From Bacteroidota bacterium (GTDB lineage: Bacteria; Bacteroidota; Bacteroidia; JACPRZ01), in contig JACPRZ010000063.1 of NCBI GenBank assembly GCA_016193485.1, forward strand, positions 128,156-192,155: a stretch of DNA of 64,000 bases. Reading direction: 5' to 3'. The position numbers and the translations under genes were made by a program. Below the pieces are notes generated by a model. That model did not search any database, was not told the DNA's origin, and saw nothing but the letters and a program-made list of their open reading frames with translations. Below are positions 18,587 through 27,789 of this stretch, piece by piece (position 1 is the first letter of the stretch; every line of letters begins with the position of its first letter).

Positions 18587-18663
18587 ATCGAAGTACGAAC
18601 AAAATACGAACATGCGAAGTACGAATTCGTAGTTCGTAACTTCGTAACAAATTCGTACTTCGG
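18587..18663. repeat. Dense array of TACGAA/TTCGTA hexamers, at least 8 copies in both orientations, forming nested hairpins
   Basis: cgaagtacgaacaaaatacgaacatgcgaagtacgaattcgtagttcgtaacttcgtaacaaattcgtacttcgg. A second hairpin, ccaaaggcagatccgtctttgg, lies at 18697..18718. Both are between rnc and the IPExxxVDY gene. Confidence 0.7.
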
Positions 18664-18766
18664 TGGAATAATTTGCAATTAATTAGCCGACATTTCATGC
18701 CAAAGGCAGATCCGTCTTTGGCGGAAAAATGCGACAATAGATCCCGTTAATAGTATAATTGCACTA

Positions 18767-19189
18767 ATGGCAACAAAAAAACTTAAAACAACAACCGATT
18801 ACGATTTCCTGCTGGTCGCCATTGTTTGCCCGGAAAACGATTACCGGTTGTGCCGTGAAATCAATATTAAACTTAGAATACCCATGAAAAGGGCGAAAAC
18901 GGATATTGAACACTTCCCCCCCGGGAAAAAACTCTCTGTCTTCTCCCTTTTTGAATACCTGCCGGGCGATAACGAACCTCAGTATAACCTTATATCCAAC
19001 AAAAGTTCAGGGGAGTTGCTCGTACCCGCATTTAAAAGAGTTGATTATTTTTTGAGAATTAAAGGACCTTCATCCCTCATTCAGAGGGAAAAAATTCTTT
19101 TATCCCTTTCTGAAATTCCCTTTGTACTTTCCGCTTTTGAAGCGCCACCGGAGAAAATTAAATCCAAAGAGATATTATTGTTGTCGTAA
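18767..19189 (+). CDS. IPExxxVDY family protein
   Basis: 140 aa with the LVPAFKRVDYF motif, in the conserved Bacteroidota position between rnc and pyk. Confidence 0.6.
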   Translation: MATKKLKTTTDYDFLLVAIVCPENDYRLCREINIKLRIPMKRAKTDIEHFPPGKKLSVFSLFEYLPGDNEPQYNLISNKSSGELLVPAFKRVDYFLRIKGPSSLIQREKILLSLSEIPFVLSAFEAPPEKIKSKEILLLS

Positions 19190-19190
19190 A

Positions 19191-20618
19191 ATGTCTTCCA
19201 AAACCAAAATCATCGCCACCCTCGGTCCTGCATCTTCGTCACGCAAGGTTCTCAAAGAATTAATCATTGCGGGTGTTGATCTCTGCCGCATTAACTTTTC
19301 ACACGGAACGCATGACGATTGCGCTAAAATTATTGGCGATATACGCGCCATAAATTCTGAATGTGGGACCAATGTCGCCATCCTTGCCGACCTGCAGGGG
19401 CCTAAAATCCGAATCGGTGAGGCAAAAGAAAAAACCAAACTGAAAACCGGAAGTGAAGTCCTCGTCACAGACAAACCGGGCGTCACTACCTACGAAGTTA
19501 TCCGCATCAATCATCCGGGAATCATGAAAGATCTAAAAGAAAACGATACAATCCTTATTGATGACGGCAATATTATTTTACATGTCAAAGAAAAAATAAA
19601 AAAGAACTACCGCAAAGCAATTGTAGTCAGCGGAGGTGCGCTGCTTTCCAACAAGGGAGTCAATCTGCCGCAAAGCCGGCTCTCCATGCCGTCTCTCACC
19701 CAAAAAGACAGGGCAGACCTTGAATTTGCGCTGGAACATAAAATTGAATGGATAGGGCTTTCCTTTGTGAGGCGGGCTGAAGATATTTCGGAATTAAAAA
19801 GCCGTGTACGGGAGCGTTCACCGCATACGAAGATAATAGCCAAGATTGAAAAGCCCGAAGCGGTGAAAAACATAGATGCGGTCATAAATGCTTCCGATGG
19901 CATCATGGTGGCGCGTGGCGACCTGGGCGTTGAGATGCCCATGCAGGATGTTCCGCTCATTCAGAAAATGCTGGTAAAAAAATGCCTCCTCGCATCGCGT
20001 CCCGTCATCATCGCAACGCAAATGATGGAAAGCATGGTGAATAACCTGTTTCCCACCCGTGCCGAAGTCAACGATGTGGCGAATGCGATCATGGACGGGG
20101 CGGATGCCGTCATGCTGAGCGCTGAAACATCCATCGGGAAACACCCGGTAAAAGTCATTGATGCGGTACAGAAGATCATCGCCCGTACGGAGACATACGA
20201 GGGTATATACAACCGCCATTACCCCCCCTCTGCGCCTGAAGATCCCCGCTTTATTTCCGACTCGGTATGCTACAACGCCTGTCTCCTCTCCGAAAGAATA
20301 GGCGCAAAAGCGATAATCACCATGACACACTCCGGGTACACGGCATTCAAAATATCCGCATTCCGCCCGAATGCTGATATCTTTGTCTTTACCTACAACA
20401 CCGCCATACTGAACACCATGAATCTGCTCTGGGGAGTGAAATGCTTTTATTATGATAAGTTCGCTTCAACCGACCAGACCATTGATGAGATTAAAAAGAT
20501 TCTAAAACAGCAGGGATTGGTAAAACCGGGAGATACGGTGATAAATATCGCCAGTATACCGATTGCCGAAAAAGGAATGTCAAATATGCTGAAGGTCAGC
20601 AGGGTGGAGGCAGGATAA
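19191..20618 (+). CDS. pyk: pyruvate kinase
   Basis: MSSKTKIIATLGPAS N-terminus and the MVARGDLGVE active-site block. Total length 476 aa. Confidence 0.9.
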   Translation: MSSKTKIIATLGPASSSRKVLKELIIAGVDLCRINFSHGTHDDCAKIIGDIRAINSECGTNVAILADLQGPKIRIGEAKEKTKLKTGSEVLVTDKPGVTTYEVIRINHPGIMKDLKENDTILIDDGNIILHVKEKIKKNYRKAIVVSGGALLSNKGVNLPQSRLSMPSLTQKDRADLEFALEHKIEWIGLSFVRRAEDISELKSRVRERSPHTKIIAKIEKPEAVKNIDAVINASDGIMVARGDLGVEMPMQDVPLIQKMLVKKCLLASRPVIIATQMMESMVNNLFPTRAEVNDVANAIMDGADAVMLSAETSIGKHPVKVIDAVQKIIARTETYEGIYNRHYPPSAPEDPRFISDSVCYNACLLSERIGAKAIITMTHSGYTAFKISAFRPNADIFVFTYNTAILNTMNLLWGVKCFYYDKFASTDQTIDEIKKILKQQGLVKPGDTVINIASIPIAEKGMSNMLKVSRVEAG

Positions 20619-20684
20619 AACCGGGCATACCGTTGCACCCATTCGGTTTATGCGGATCTGCCATTAGCAACAGAGATTTAAAAT

Positions 20685-21734
20685 ATGTACTTTTGTGGTT
20701 TGACTTACTTTAGTGTGAAACAGCAACTTCTCTGTTTTTTGTTGATTTTGTCATGGGCTCACTCCTTATCCCAGCACACTTTTTCGATATGTGCTGTGGA
20801 TACCGTTACAGGTGAGGTTGGCAGTGCCGGGGCTTCCTGCATTGACGATATCGGTTGCGGTGGTTGCGGGGGAGTTGTGATTATCAGTGGTATTATTCCC
20901 GGTAAAGGGGCGGTCAATGCCCAGGCATCGGTATGTATACCTAATTACAACCTGCAGAATGCTCTTGGCTGGATGCAGCAAGGTTTTTCACCCCAGGCAA
21001 TTCTTGATTCGTTGCAGGCGAACGATGCTTGCGCCTGGTATGACTGGTCGCGCAGGCAATACGGCATTGTGGATCTGTATAATGGTTCTGCCCGCAGCGC
21101 AGGATATACCGGGATCAACTGTCTTGATTACAAAAATCATATTACGGGTTCCAATTATTCCATTCAGGGAAATATTCTGCTGGGGCAGGAGATACTTGAT
21201 TCAATGGAAGCGCGCTTTCTTAATTCCAATGGTGATCTTGCCTGCAAATTGATGGCTGCCCTGCAGGGAGCCAAAGTCCCGGGTGCAGATACACGATGTC
21301 TTAGTTCAGGGAATTCCTCCTTATCTTCATACCTGCGTGTAGCCCGGTCAACCGACACCGCTTCTTCATTTTATCTTGACATTGTCATAAAAAGCGGACC
21401 CTACGGTTATGAACCCATTGATTCGCTTCAGGAACTGTTTGACTCAATGCACAGTTGTACTGCATCTTCTATAGAAAAAATAAAAGGAACGTCACCGGTC
21501 AACCTTTTACGCAATCCTTCTGTGGGAACGCTTTCAGTTGTGGTCAGCCGGCAGGGAAACTCTCTTTACCGGCTGGAAACTTACGATAATCTGGGCCGGA
21601 GAATTTCTGTGCACGAGTTCAGGAAAAGTGTTACATGGGAGATAAATGCAATCTCTCCGGGAAATTATTACTACACGATAACGGATGTTCAGGAAAATAA
21701 AACCATAAAAACCGGGATCCTGCATATTGAATAG
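20685..21734 (+). CDS. DUF1028 (Ntn-hydrolase-like) protein with a C-terminal T9SS sorting domain
   Basis: Signal peptide followed by TFSICAVD (putative N-terminal nucleophile Thr). The ~80-aa C-terminal Por/T9SS-type beta-sandwich tail reads ...GNYYYTITDVQENKTIKTGILHIE. Confidence 0.6.
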   Translation: MYFCGLTYFSVKQQLLCFLLILSWAHSLSQHTFSICAVDTVTGEVGSAGASCIDDIGCGGCGGVVIISGIIPGKGAVNAQASVCIPNYNLQNALGWMQQGFSPQAILDSLQANDACAWYDWSRRQYGIVDLYNGSARSAGYTGINCLDYKNHITGSNYSIQGNILLGQEILDSMEARFLNSNGDLACKLMAALQGAKVPGADTRCLSSGNSSLSSYLRVARSTDTASSFYLDIVIKSGPYGYEPIDSLQELFDSMHSCTASSIEKIKGTSPVNLLRNPSVGTLSVVVSRQGNSLYRLETYDNLGRRISVHEFRKSVTWEINAISPGNYYYTITDVQENKTIKTGILHIE

Positions 21735-21759
21735 AATTAATTGAATTTCCTGGAAATCA

Positions 21760-22839
21760 TCAAAAATAAATACATCCCCCCACGCTGTCCCTTTCCGCAC
21801 CGGTAACCGATTTCAGGCAGTTTTTTTCTCCCCGCCACCTTAAAACACCGAGAAAACCGAAAATCAGCGCCTCTTTAAAATCAATAATTTTCTTTTCGGG
21901 TAGAATTATTTCTGCGGTACAGAGAGATCCAATGCGCTCAACCAGAAACCGGTTATGTGCTCCGCCACCCGTCATCAAAATTTTTTTCTTTTCTGAATCG
22001 CCATAGCGGGTTATTGCCCGGGCAATCTGTTGGGCAATATGCTCTGCAGCTGTACGTAATTTACCTTCCGGAGAACATCGGTTCCGGACAAAGAGCGGGA
22101 AAACGGCATTCTCCGCCCACTCCCTGCCAAGTGATTTAGGGGGGGGTAAACGATAATAATTGATCCTGTTAAGTTTTTTCAACAAAGGAATATTCACGTT
22201 GCCTTTTCGTGCAAGGGATCCGTTGCGATCAAATTCTTTTCCGGTCATACCGCTGAGGCGGTTAAGAAGGATATTGCACGGACAGATGTCAAAGGCGATG
22301 CGTTTTTTATTTTCCCTGAATGAAATATTGGCAAACCCGCCCAGGTTCAGGCAGTAATCATATTGAGGGAAAAGCAGTTCATCGCCAACCGGAACCAGCG
22401 GTGCGCCTTCACCGCCACGAACGACATCACCGGAGCGGAAATCCGTTATTGCCGGAATTCCGGTTACAGCAGCCATGACCGCACCATCCCCAATCTGAAA
22501 TGTCACTCCTCTTCCGGGTTGATGAAAGACAGTATGACCATGCGAGGAAATGAAATTAACCAGTGAAATATGGTTCCGGGAAATAAATTTTTTTAAGAGT
22601 ATAGCGCAATATTTTCCATAATCCCTATGCAACATTATCAGCGGTTCTCCATTCAGGAGAGAAGCGCCTGAAAGGCGTTTTTTCCATGGGAGGGAATAAT
22701 GCTCCGTTTTTGCCATGACCAGACAGAAAAACCATTTTCTTTTCTTTCTGATGAAGCGGCAGTACGCCATGTCCAGCCCGTCAAGGGAGGTACCCGACAT
22801 CAACCCGATAACCGAAAATTTATTTTGATTTTTGAACAT
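21760..22839 (-). CDS. anmK: anhydro-N-acetylmuramic acid kinase
   Basis: VIGLMSGTSLDGLD N-terminus and ASKHD-type fold blocks (LMTGGGAHN). Confidence 0.85.
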   Translation of the reverse strand: MFKNQNKFSVIGLMSGTSLDGLDMAYCRFIRKKRKWFFCLVMAKTEHYSLPWKKRLSGASLLNGEPLIMLHRDYGKYCAILLKKFISRNHISLVNFISSHGHTVFHQPGRGVTFQIGDGAVMAAVTGIPAITDFRSGDVVRGGEGAPLVPVGDELLFPQYDYCLNLGGFANISFRENKKRIAFDICPCNILLNRLSGMTGKEFDRNGSLARKGNVNIPLLKKLNRINYYRLPPPKSLGREWAENAVFPLFVRNRCSPEGKLRTAAEHIAQQIARAITRYGDSEKKKILMTGGGAHNRFLVERIGSLCTAEIILPEKKIIDFKEALIFGFLGVLRWRGEKNCLKSVTGAERDSVGGCIYF

Positions 22840-22902
22840 ATCTGAAAGTATCTGGTTTTTTTGCTTAATTTTGCAAAAAAACATAAAAAAAATCAATTAC
22901 TA

Positions 22903-23376
22903 ATGTTCTTCAAAAAAGAAGGAATAATGGTAAAACCAAACGAACCCGAATCCAATGCTGTCAATCTGATAGGTCAGGGAACGACCATCCAGGGCGACAT
23001 TACTTCTAATGGCGATGTACGGATAGACGGTACATTAAAAGGAACGTTAACTTCAAAGGGCAAAGTTGTTGTGGGAACCACCGGGGTGGTAGAGGGACAG
23101 GTCAACTGCCAGAATGCCGATGTATCAGGATCGGTGCAGGCGAAAGTGATGATTTCAGAATTGCTTACGCTGAAGCCATCCGCCCGGCTGAACGGTGATA
23201 TCATCACCAATAAACTTGCCATTGAGCCGGGTGCAGTATTTTCCGGGTCATGCAAGATGGGCGAGGCCGTAAATGAACGCACATCTTCCTGGTCATCCGG
23301 AAAACCCAATACTTTCGCAGGTGACGGAAAAACCGAAAAAGAATTCCAGCACCGAGCAGCCGAAAAGGTCGCTTAA
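22903..23376 (+). CDS. bactofilin family cytoskeletal protein
   Basis: Repetitive beta-helical DUF583 pattern (GDITSNGDVRIDGTLKGTL..., VVGTTGVVEGQV...) with a disordered C-terminal tail. Confidence 0.7.
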   Translation: MFFKKEGIMVKPNEPESNAVNLIGQGTTIQGDITSNGDVRIDGTLKGTLTSKGKVVVGTTGVVEGQVNCQNADVSGSVQAKVMISELLTLKPSARLNGDIITNKLAIEPGAVFSGSCKMGEAVNERTSSWSSGKPNTFAGDGKTEKEFQHRAAEKVA

Positions 23377-23554
23377 CCCGTATGTAAAATATTCCGGCAT
23401 CGCCTTTCAGATGATCGTCATCATCCTGCTTGGACTTTTTGCCGGTATTAAAAGCGATGCTTTTTTTAAACTGGAATTTCCCGCCTTTACTCTTGCGTTA
23501 ACCCTTCTTGCGCTGGGAGTTGCGCTTTATATACTTTTTAGAGATGTGAAGTGA
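23273..23554 (+). CDS. AtpZ/AtpI-like small membrane protein. The start is uncertain (possibly the GTG near 23319) and it overlaps the bactofilin 3' end.
   Basis: KKNSSTEQPKRSLNPYVKYSGIAFQMIVIILLGLFAG matches the conserved core of the AtpZ family. There are two predicted TM helices. Confidence 0.5.
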   Translation: MNAHLPGHPENPILSQVTEKPKKNSSTEQPKRSLNPYVKYSGIAFQMIVIILLGLFAGIKSDAFFKLEFPAFTLALTLLALGVALYILFRDVK

Positions 23555-23557
23555 AAT

Positions 23558-24082
23558 TTACTCCGGACTGATTTCCACTTTTACGGTTTCGTTTACCTCA
23601 TCACCTTTAAAATCACTTCTTGTGCAACGCACCTTATAGCGCGCTCCGTCAACGGTCGCATATTGCCATGAGTCGGAAGATGCGATATTAAGTTTTTTGC
23701 TGTAGTGATCATATATAGTATGCATGAATTTGCGTATGGTGACCGCATTTTCACCCGTACCCCGCACCCGGAACTCTATTTCCCTGATTATTTTATTCCC
23801 GTCCAGATTAAAAGTCAAATGCATGGTGTTATCATGCTCATCCCACCGTTTCCAGAGTTGATAAATGGTATTACCATCTATATTTTCTTCCCTGATTTCC
23901 CATTCCGGATTGTGATTGATCTTTATTGTTTCCCATGAATCACCGATATCAACGCCTGCGATGATTCCTTTTTCCGGCTTGAGAATCATCTCATTCAGGA
24001 ATGATTCTTCTATTTTGACGCTGCATGAAAACAGCATTGAACAAAGCGGGAGAATCAAAAGATTCTTTAATGAATCAGCCAT
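23558..24082 (-). CDS. hypothetical lipoprotein
   Basis: 174-aa ORF with the lipobox LFSCS. No recognisable domain. Confidence 0.5.
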   Translation of the reverse strand: MADSLKNLLILPLCSMLFSCSVKIEESFLNEMILKPEKGIIAGVDIGDSWETIKINHNPEWEIREENIDGNTIYQLWKRWDEHDNTMHLTFNLDGNKIIREIEFRVRGTGENAVTIRKFMHTIYDHYSKKLNIASSDSWQYATVDGARYKVRCTRSDFKGDEVNETVKVEISPE

Positions 24083-24270
24083 AACGATTTTTGTTTTTTG
24101 ATATAATAAACAAGAGAAGGATTAAGCGCAAATTTAATAATATTGAACTAATGACAAATTGATGATAAAACCAATAAAATGCGAATATGCGAATTCCGAT
24201 GACTATCGGGACTCATGATACGAATCCTTTACCTGCAATAATTCACAACAAGATTCGTTAGTTTATCAGG

Positions 24271-25695
24271 ATGATAAATACAGAAAATATAAAACCGCTG
24301 GTCATCATTCTTCTGGCATTTTCCTGCAACAGCATCCAGGTCAAAAAATCCGGTGATGGGGCGGGAAAAGATAGTGCTATTGAACAATCAGGTTTTAATG
24401 ACAGTTCACCTATCCCTGTTCAGAACACTACGGTGGCCGAACCATCCGCTTATTCAACGGACACTTCAATCATTGCTGACAGGACACATTATTTTGGACC
24501 ACCATCCCTGAAAGAGTTTTACAATAAACTTACAAAGACAAAACAAAACTTTCTTCTGCCTGACGATAAAGATACGACCGTAGTTTTTAAGGAGGGGACT
24601 TCCGTTGAATTCAAGGCAGGATCATTCATCTCCGAAAAAACCGGGAAAGAAATTACGGGCAACATACAGGTATCGGTTCAGGAATATTATAAACTATCAG
24701 ATATCATTCTTGCAAAGTTATCTGCTACATCAAACGGCAACCTTCTTGAAACCGGAGGAATGATTTATATAAGTGCATCATCGGGCAGTGAAAAATGTAT
24801 TTTAAAAGAGGGAGAAACAATAAGAATAGGTTTTCCCGCAATTGAGATGAAAGAGGGAATGCAACTTTACAACGGTGAATGGACAGACGATTTCAGGATC
24901 AACTGGAATAAATCAAATCCGATAATAACAGAAGAGATAATTACAGCCGTTGACCAGGTGCCGGTTTTTCCCGGAGGATATTCAAAATTCCGGGAATACA
25001 TAAACAAAACGGTTTACTATCCTAAAAATGCAATGGCTGATGGGCTACAGGGAAAGGTTTACATTTATTTTGTTATAGATAAAGAAGGAAACATCACTAA
25101 AGCAAAAATTAAAAGCGGTATTGACCCTGGATGCGACCGTGTTGCTCTTGAAGCGGTGAAGATGATGCCTAAATGGATTCCTGGCTGTTTGAATGGCATC
25201 CCTGTAAATGTCAGTTATATTTTACCCGTATTATTTTCATTGGGAAGCCCGGCAGTAGGGTTGGATTATAATGTGGACTTCGGTACTGTTTTTAATGATA
25301 CATCAATAAGCAGTGCAGGCGCTTTTCAGATAAACAGGTACTTTTTCAGTTCATCTCAACTGGGTTGGATTAATTGTGACCGGCTGTGGAAAGATAATAA
25401 TGCGGCAAGGGTTGACTACATTGTTCATCTAGGGAATGAAGAGGAATGTATTTCAACGGTTGTTTTTCACCGGTTTAAGGCAGTAATGACCGGAGCACAG
25501 GTGGGTACAATGTCTGTATACGAGAATTTACCATCAGGAGAAAAAATTACACTGGTCGCAATAAAATATATCAACGGAAAACCGTACCTGGCGGTAAAAG
25601 GAACTAAAATTTCTGCCAGGACCGAAAACGATCTGGAATTTCATCCGGTCACCATGGAAATGCTTAAATCGGAGATGAAAAAAATTGACATTTGA
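24271..25695 (+). CDS. TonB C-terminal domain-containing lipoprotein (energy transducer TonB family)
   Basis: Lipobox (LAFSCNS). The PVFPGGYSKFREYINKTVYYPKNAMADGLQGKVYIYFVIDKEGNI segment is a TonB_C fold. Confidence 0.6.
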   Translation: MINTENIKPLVIILLAFSCNSIQVKKSGDGAGKDSAIEQSGFNDSSPIPVQNTTVAEPSAYSTDTSIIADRTHYFGPPSLKEFYNKLTKTKQNFLLPDDKDTTVVFKEGTSVEFKAGSFISEKTGKEITGNIQVSVQEYYKLSDIILAKLSATSNGNLLETGGMIYISASSGSEKCILKEGETIRIGFPAIEMKEGMQLYNGEWTDDFRINWNKSNPIITEEIITAVDQVPVFPGGYSKFREYINKTVYYPKNAMADGLQGKVYIYFVIDKEGNITKAKIKSGIDPGCDRVALEAVKMMPKWIPGCLNGIPVNVSYILPVLFSLGSPAVGLDYNVDFGTVFNDTSISSAGAFQINRYFFSSSQLGWINCDRLWKDNNAARVDYIVHLGNEEECISTVVFHRFKAVMTGAQVGTMSVYENLPSGEKITLVAIKYINGKPYLAVKGTKISARTENDLEFHPVTMEMLKSEMKKIDI

Positions 25696-25717
25696 TATCC
25701 CGTATCTTCGCATCATG

Positions 25718-27073
25718 GCGGTTACCCTGATTCAAAACGCTACAGTAGTCAACGAAGGCAAAATCTTTCCGGCTGATGTGGTTATTAACAACGAAACCAT
25801 CAGCGCCATTACCGCACCGAAAAGCGCTCATGTAGAACGGCTGTCTTCAACTGTTCTTGACGCGACAGGTTTGTACATGTTACCTGGCGTCATTGACTGC
25901 CAGGTGCACTTCCGCGAACCGGGGCTGACACATAAAGGAGACATCTATACCGAGTCGAGGGCGGCAGTTGCGGGGGGGATAACTTCATTTATGGAGATGC
26001 CTAATACGGTTCCCCCGGTTCTGACGCAGGACCTTCTTGAAGAGAAATACGCAATCGCTTCGGAGAAATCGCTGGCGAATTTTTCCTTTTACATGGGCTT
26101 TTCCGATGATAACCTTGATGAGGTCTTACGAACCGATCCGGCAACGGTATGCGGAGTAAAGGCATTTCTCGGTTCAACAACAGGTGAAATGCTTATCCGG
26201 AATCCCCGCGCACTGGAAGAACTTTTCAGTAAATGCCGGTTGCCGGTTGCCGTTCATTGCGAGGATGATGATATAATCCGGAAAAACAGCGAAGAATACC
26301 GGAAAAAGTTCGGAGCAGATGTGCCGGTTGAATATCATCCGGCAATCCGCAGTGCCGAGGCATGTTACAAATCTTCAAGTTTTGCGGTTGACCTTGCCCG
26401 CAAATACAATACGCGCCTTCATGTGATCCATGTATCAACGGCAAAGGAGACCTCTCTTTTTGATAACGACATACCTCTCAGCAAAAAACACATTACCGCA
26501 GAGGTTTGCGTACATCATTTATGGTTCAGCAATGAGGATTACAAATCAAAAGGTTCGTTGATAAAATGGAACCCGGCCATAAAAACCAAAGAAGACCGCG
26601 AAGGCCTTTTCCTGGCATTGCTTGACAACCGGCTTGATATAATAGCCACCGACCATGCACCGCATACGCTTGAGGAAAAAGAACACCCGTATTTTCAATG
26701 TCCGTCAGGCGCTCCTATGGTGCAACATTCGCTTGCCGTCATGCTCGAATTTTATCACCGGGAAAAAATTACTGTGGAAAAAATAGTTGAAAAGATGTGC
26801 CATACACCTGCAATTTGTTTCGGTATTGAAAAACGGGGTTTTATCCGGAAGGGTTACTATGCCGATTTTATCCTCGTTGATCTCAACGCTCCCTGGACGG
26901 TTGATAAAACAAACATCCATTATAAATGCGGATGGTCGCCACTGGAGGGAGAAACTTTTCGATCTACCGTTACGCACACTTTTGTAAACGGCTATCCGGT
27001 TTATGAAAACGGCAGGTTCAATGAAACAAAGCAGGGTAAAAGGATTATTTTCAGGAGGCAAACAAGATCCTGA
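25718..27073 (+). CDS. pyrC: dihydroorotase / cyclic amidohydrolase (DHOase type I-like)
   Basis: DCQVHFREPG metal-binding motif and GGITSFMEMPNT, with the amidohydrolase fold throughout. Confidence 0.75.
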   Translation, partial: AVTLIQNATVVNEGKIFPADVVINNETISAITAPKSAHVERLSSTVLDATGLYMLPGVIDCQVHFREPGLTHKGDIYTESRAAVAGGITSFMEMPNTVPPVLTQDLLEEKYAIASEKSLANFSFYMGFSDDNLDEVLRTDPATVCGVKAFLGSTTGEMLIRNPRALEELFSKCRLPVAVHCEDDDIIRKNSEEYRKKFGADVPVEYHPAIRSAEACYKSSSFAVDLARKYNTRLHVIHVSTAKETSLFDNDIPLSKKHITAEVCVHHLWFSNEDYKSKGSLIKWNPAIKTKEDREGLFLALLDNRLDIIATDHAPHTLEEKEHPYFQCPSGAPMVQHSLAVMLEFYHREKITVEKIVEKMCHTPAICFGIEKRGFIRKGYYADFILVDLNAPWTVDKTNIHYKCGWSPLEGETFRSTVTHTFVNGYPVYENGRFNETKQGKRIIFRRQTRS

Positions 27074-27152
27074 TCATTTATCCTGAAGGGAATGCGGTAC
27101 CATGTACCGAATCTTATTGTAAGTTTGTAACATCATTCAATATAAGCAGGGT

Positions 27153-27683
27153 ATGATTTCAAAAAAAATTGAAGCAGCGCTCAACAAACAGGTTGAGTCG
27201 GAGGCAATTTCATCGCAGATTTACCTGGCAATGGCTTCTTGGGTGGAAACACAAGGACTTACCGGAACATGCCAATTTCTGTATAAACATTCCGATGAAG
27301 AACGGCTTCACATGTTAAAACTAATCCGCTTTTTAAACGAGCGTGGCAGACACGGTATTGTTCCGCAAGTGAAGCAACCGTTTAAAACTTTTGAATCCCT
27401 GAGTGCGGTTTTCAGACAAATCCTTGAGCACGAAATCCATGTTACGCAGGAAATAAACAATATCATCTCCTTGTGCTTGCAGGAAAAGGACTACACCACG
27501 CATAACTTCATGCAGTATTATGTTGCAGAGCAGATTGAAGAAGAGCGGGTGGCAAAATCGATTCTTGACAAACTCAACCTGATAGGCGATGACAAAGGCG
27601 GTTTATACCTTTTTGACCGGGATATGCAGAATTTTCCCCTGCAGGATGGAAATCAGGCGGAACAGGGAACAAAAGCGGGATGA
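27153..27683 (+). CDS. ftnA: non-heme ferritin
   Basis: 176 aa with ferritin-like di-iron motifs (ExxH pairs: EERLHMLKLIRF, EHEIHVTQEINN). Confidence 0.85.
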   Translation: MISKKIEAALNKQVESEAISSQIYLAMASWVETQGLTGTCQFLYKHSDEERLHMLKLIRFLNERGRHGIVPQVKQPFKTFESLSAVFRQILEHEIHVTQEINNIISLCLQEKDYTTHNFMQYYVAEQIEEERVAKSILDKLNLIGDDKGGLYLFDRDMQNFPLQDGNQAEQGTKAG

Positions 27684-27789
27684 TTCTATTCTGTACCCAT
27701 CGGTATACATATATTGCTTTTGATTTTTTTTCTTATTATTGCTCATTATTTGCTGAAAAGATCACCTTGTAATACCCCTGCCTGCCCTC

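Noticed and set aside
18155-18737. ORFs 18155..18613, 18402..18737 and 18440..18682 around the rnc 3' end.
   Set aside because: They overlap rnc on the opposite strand or span the hexamer-repeat hairpin region. They have no coding features.
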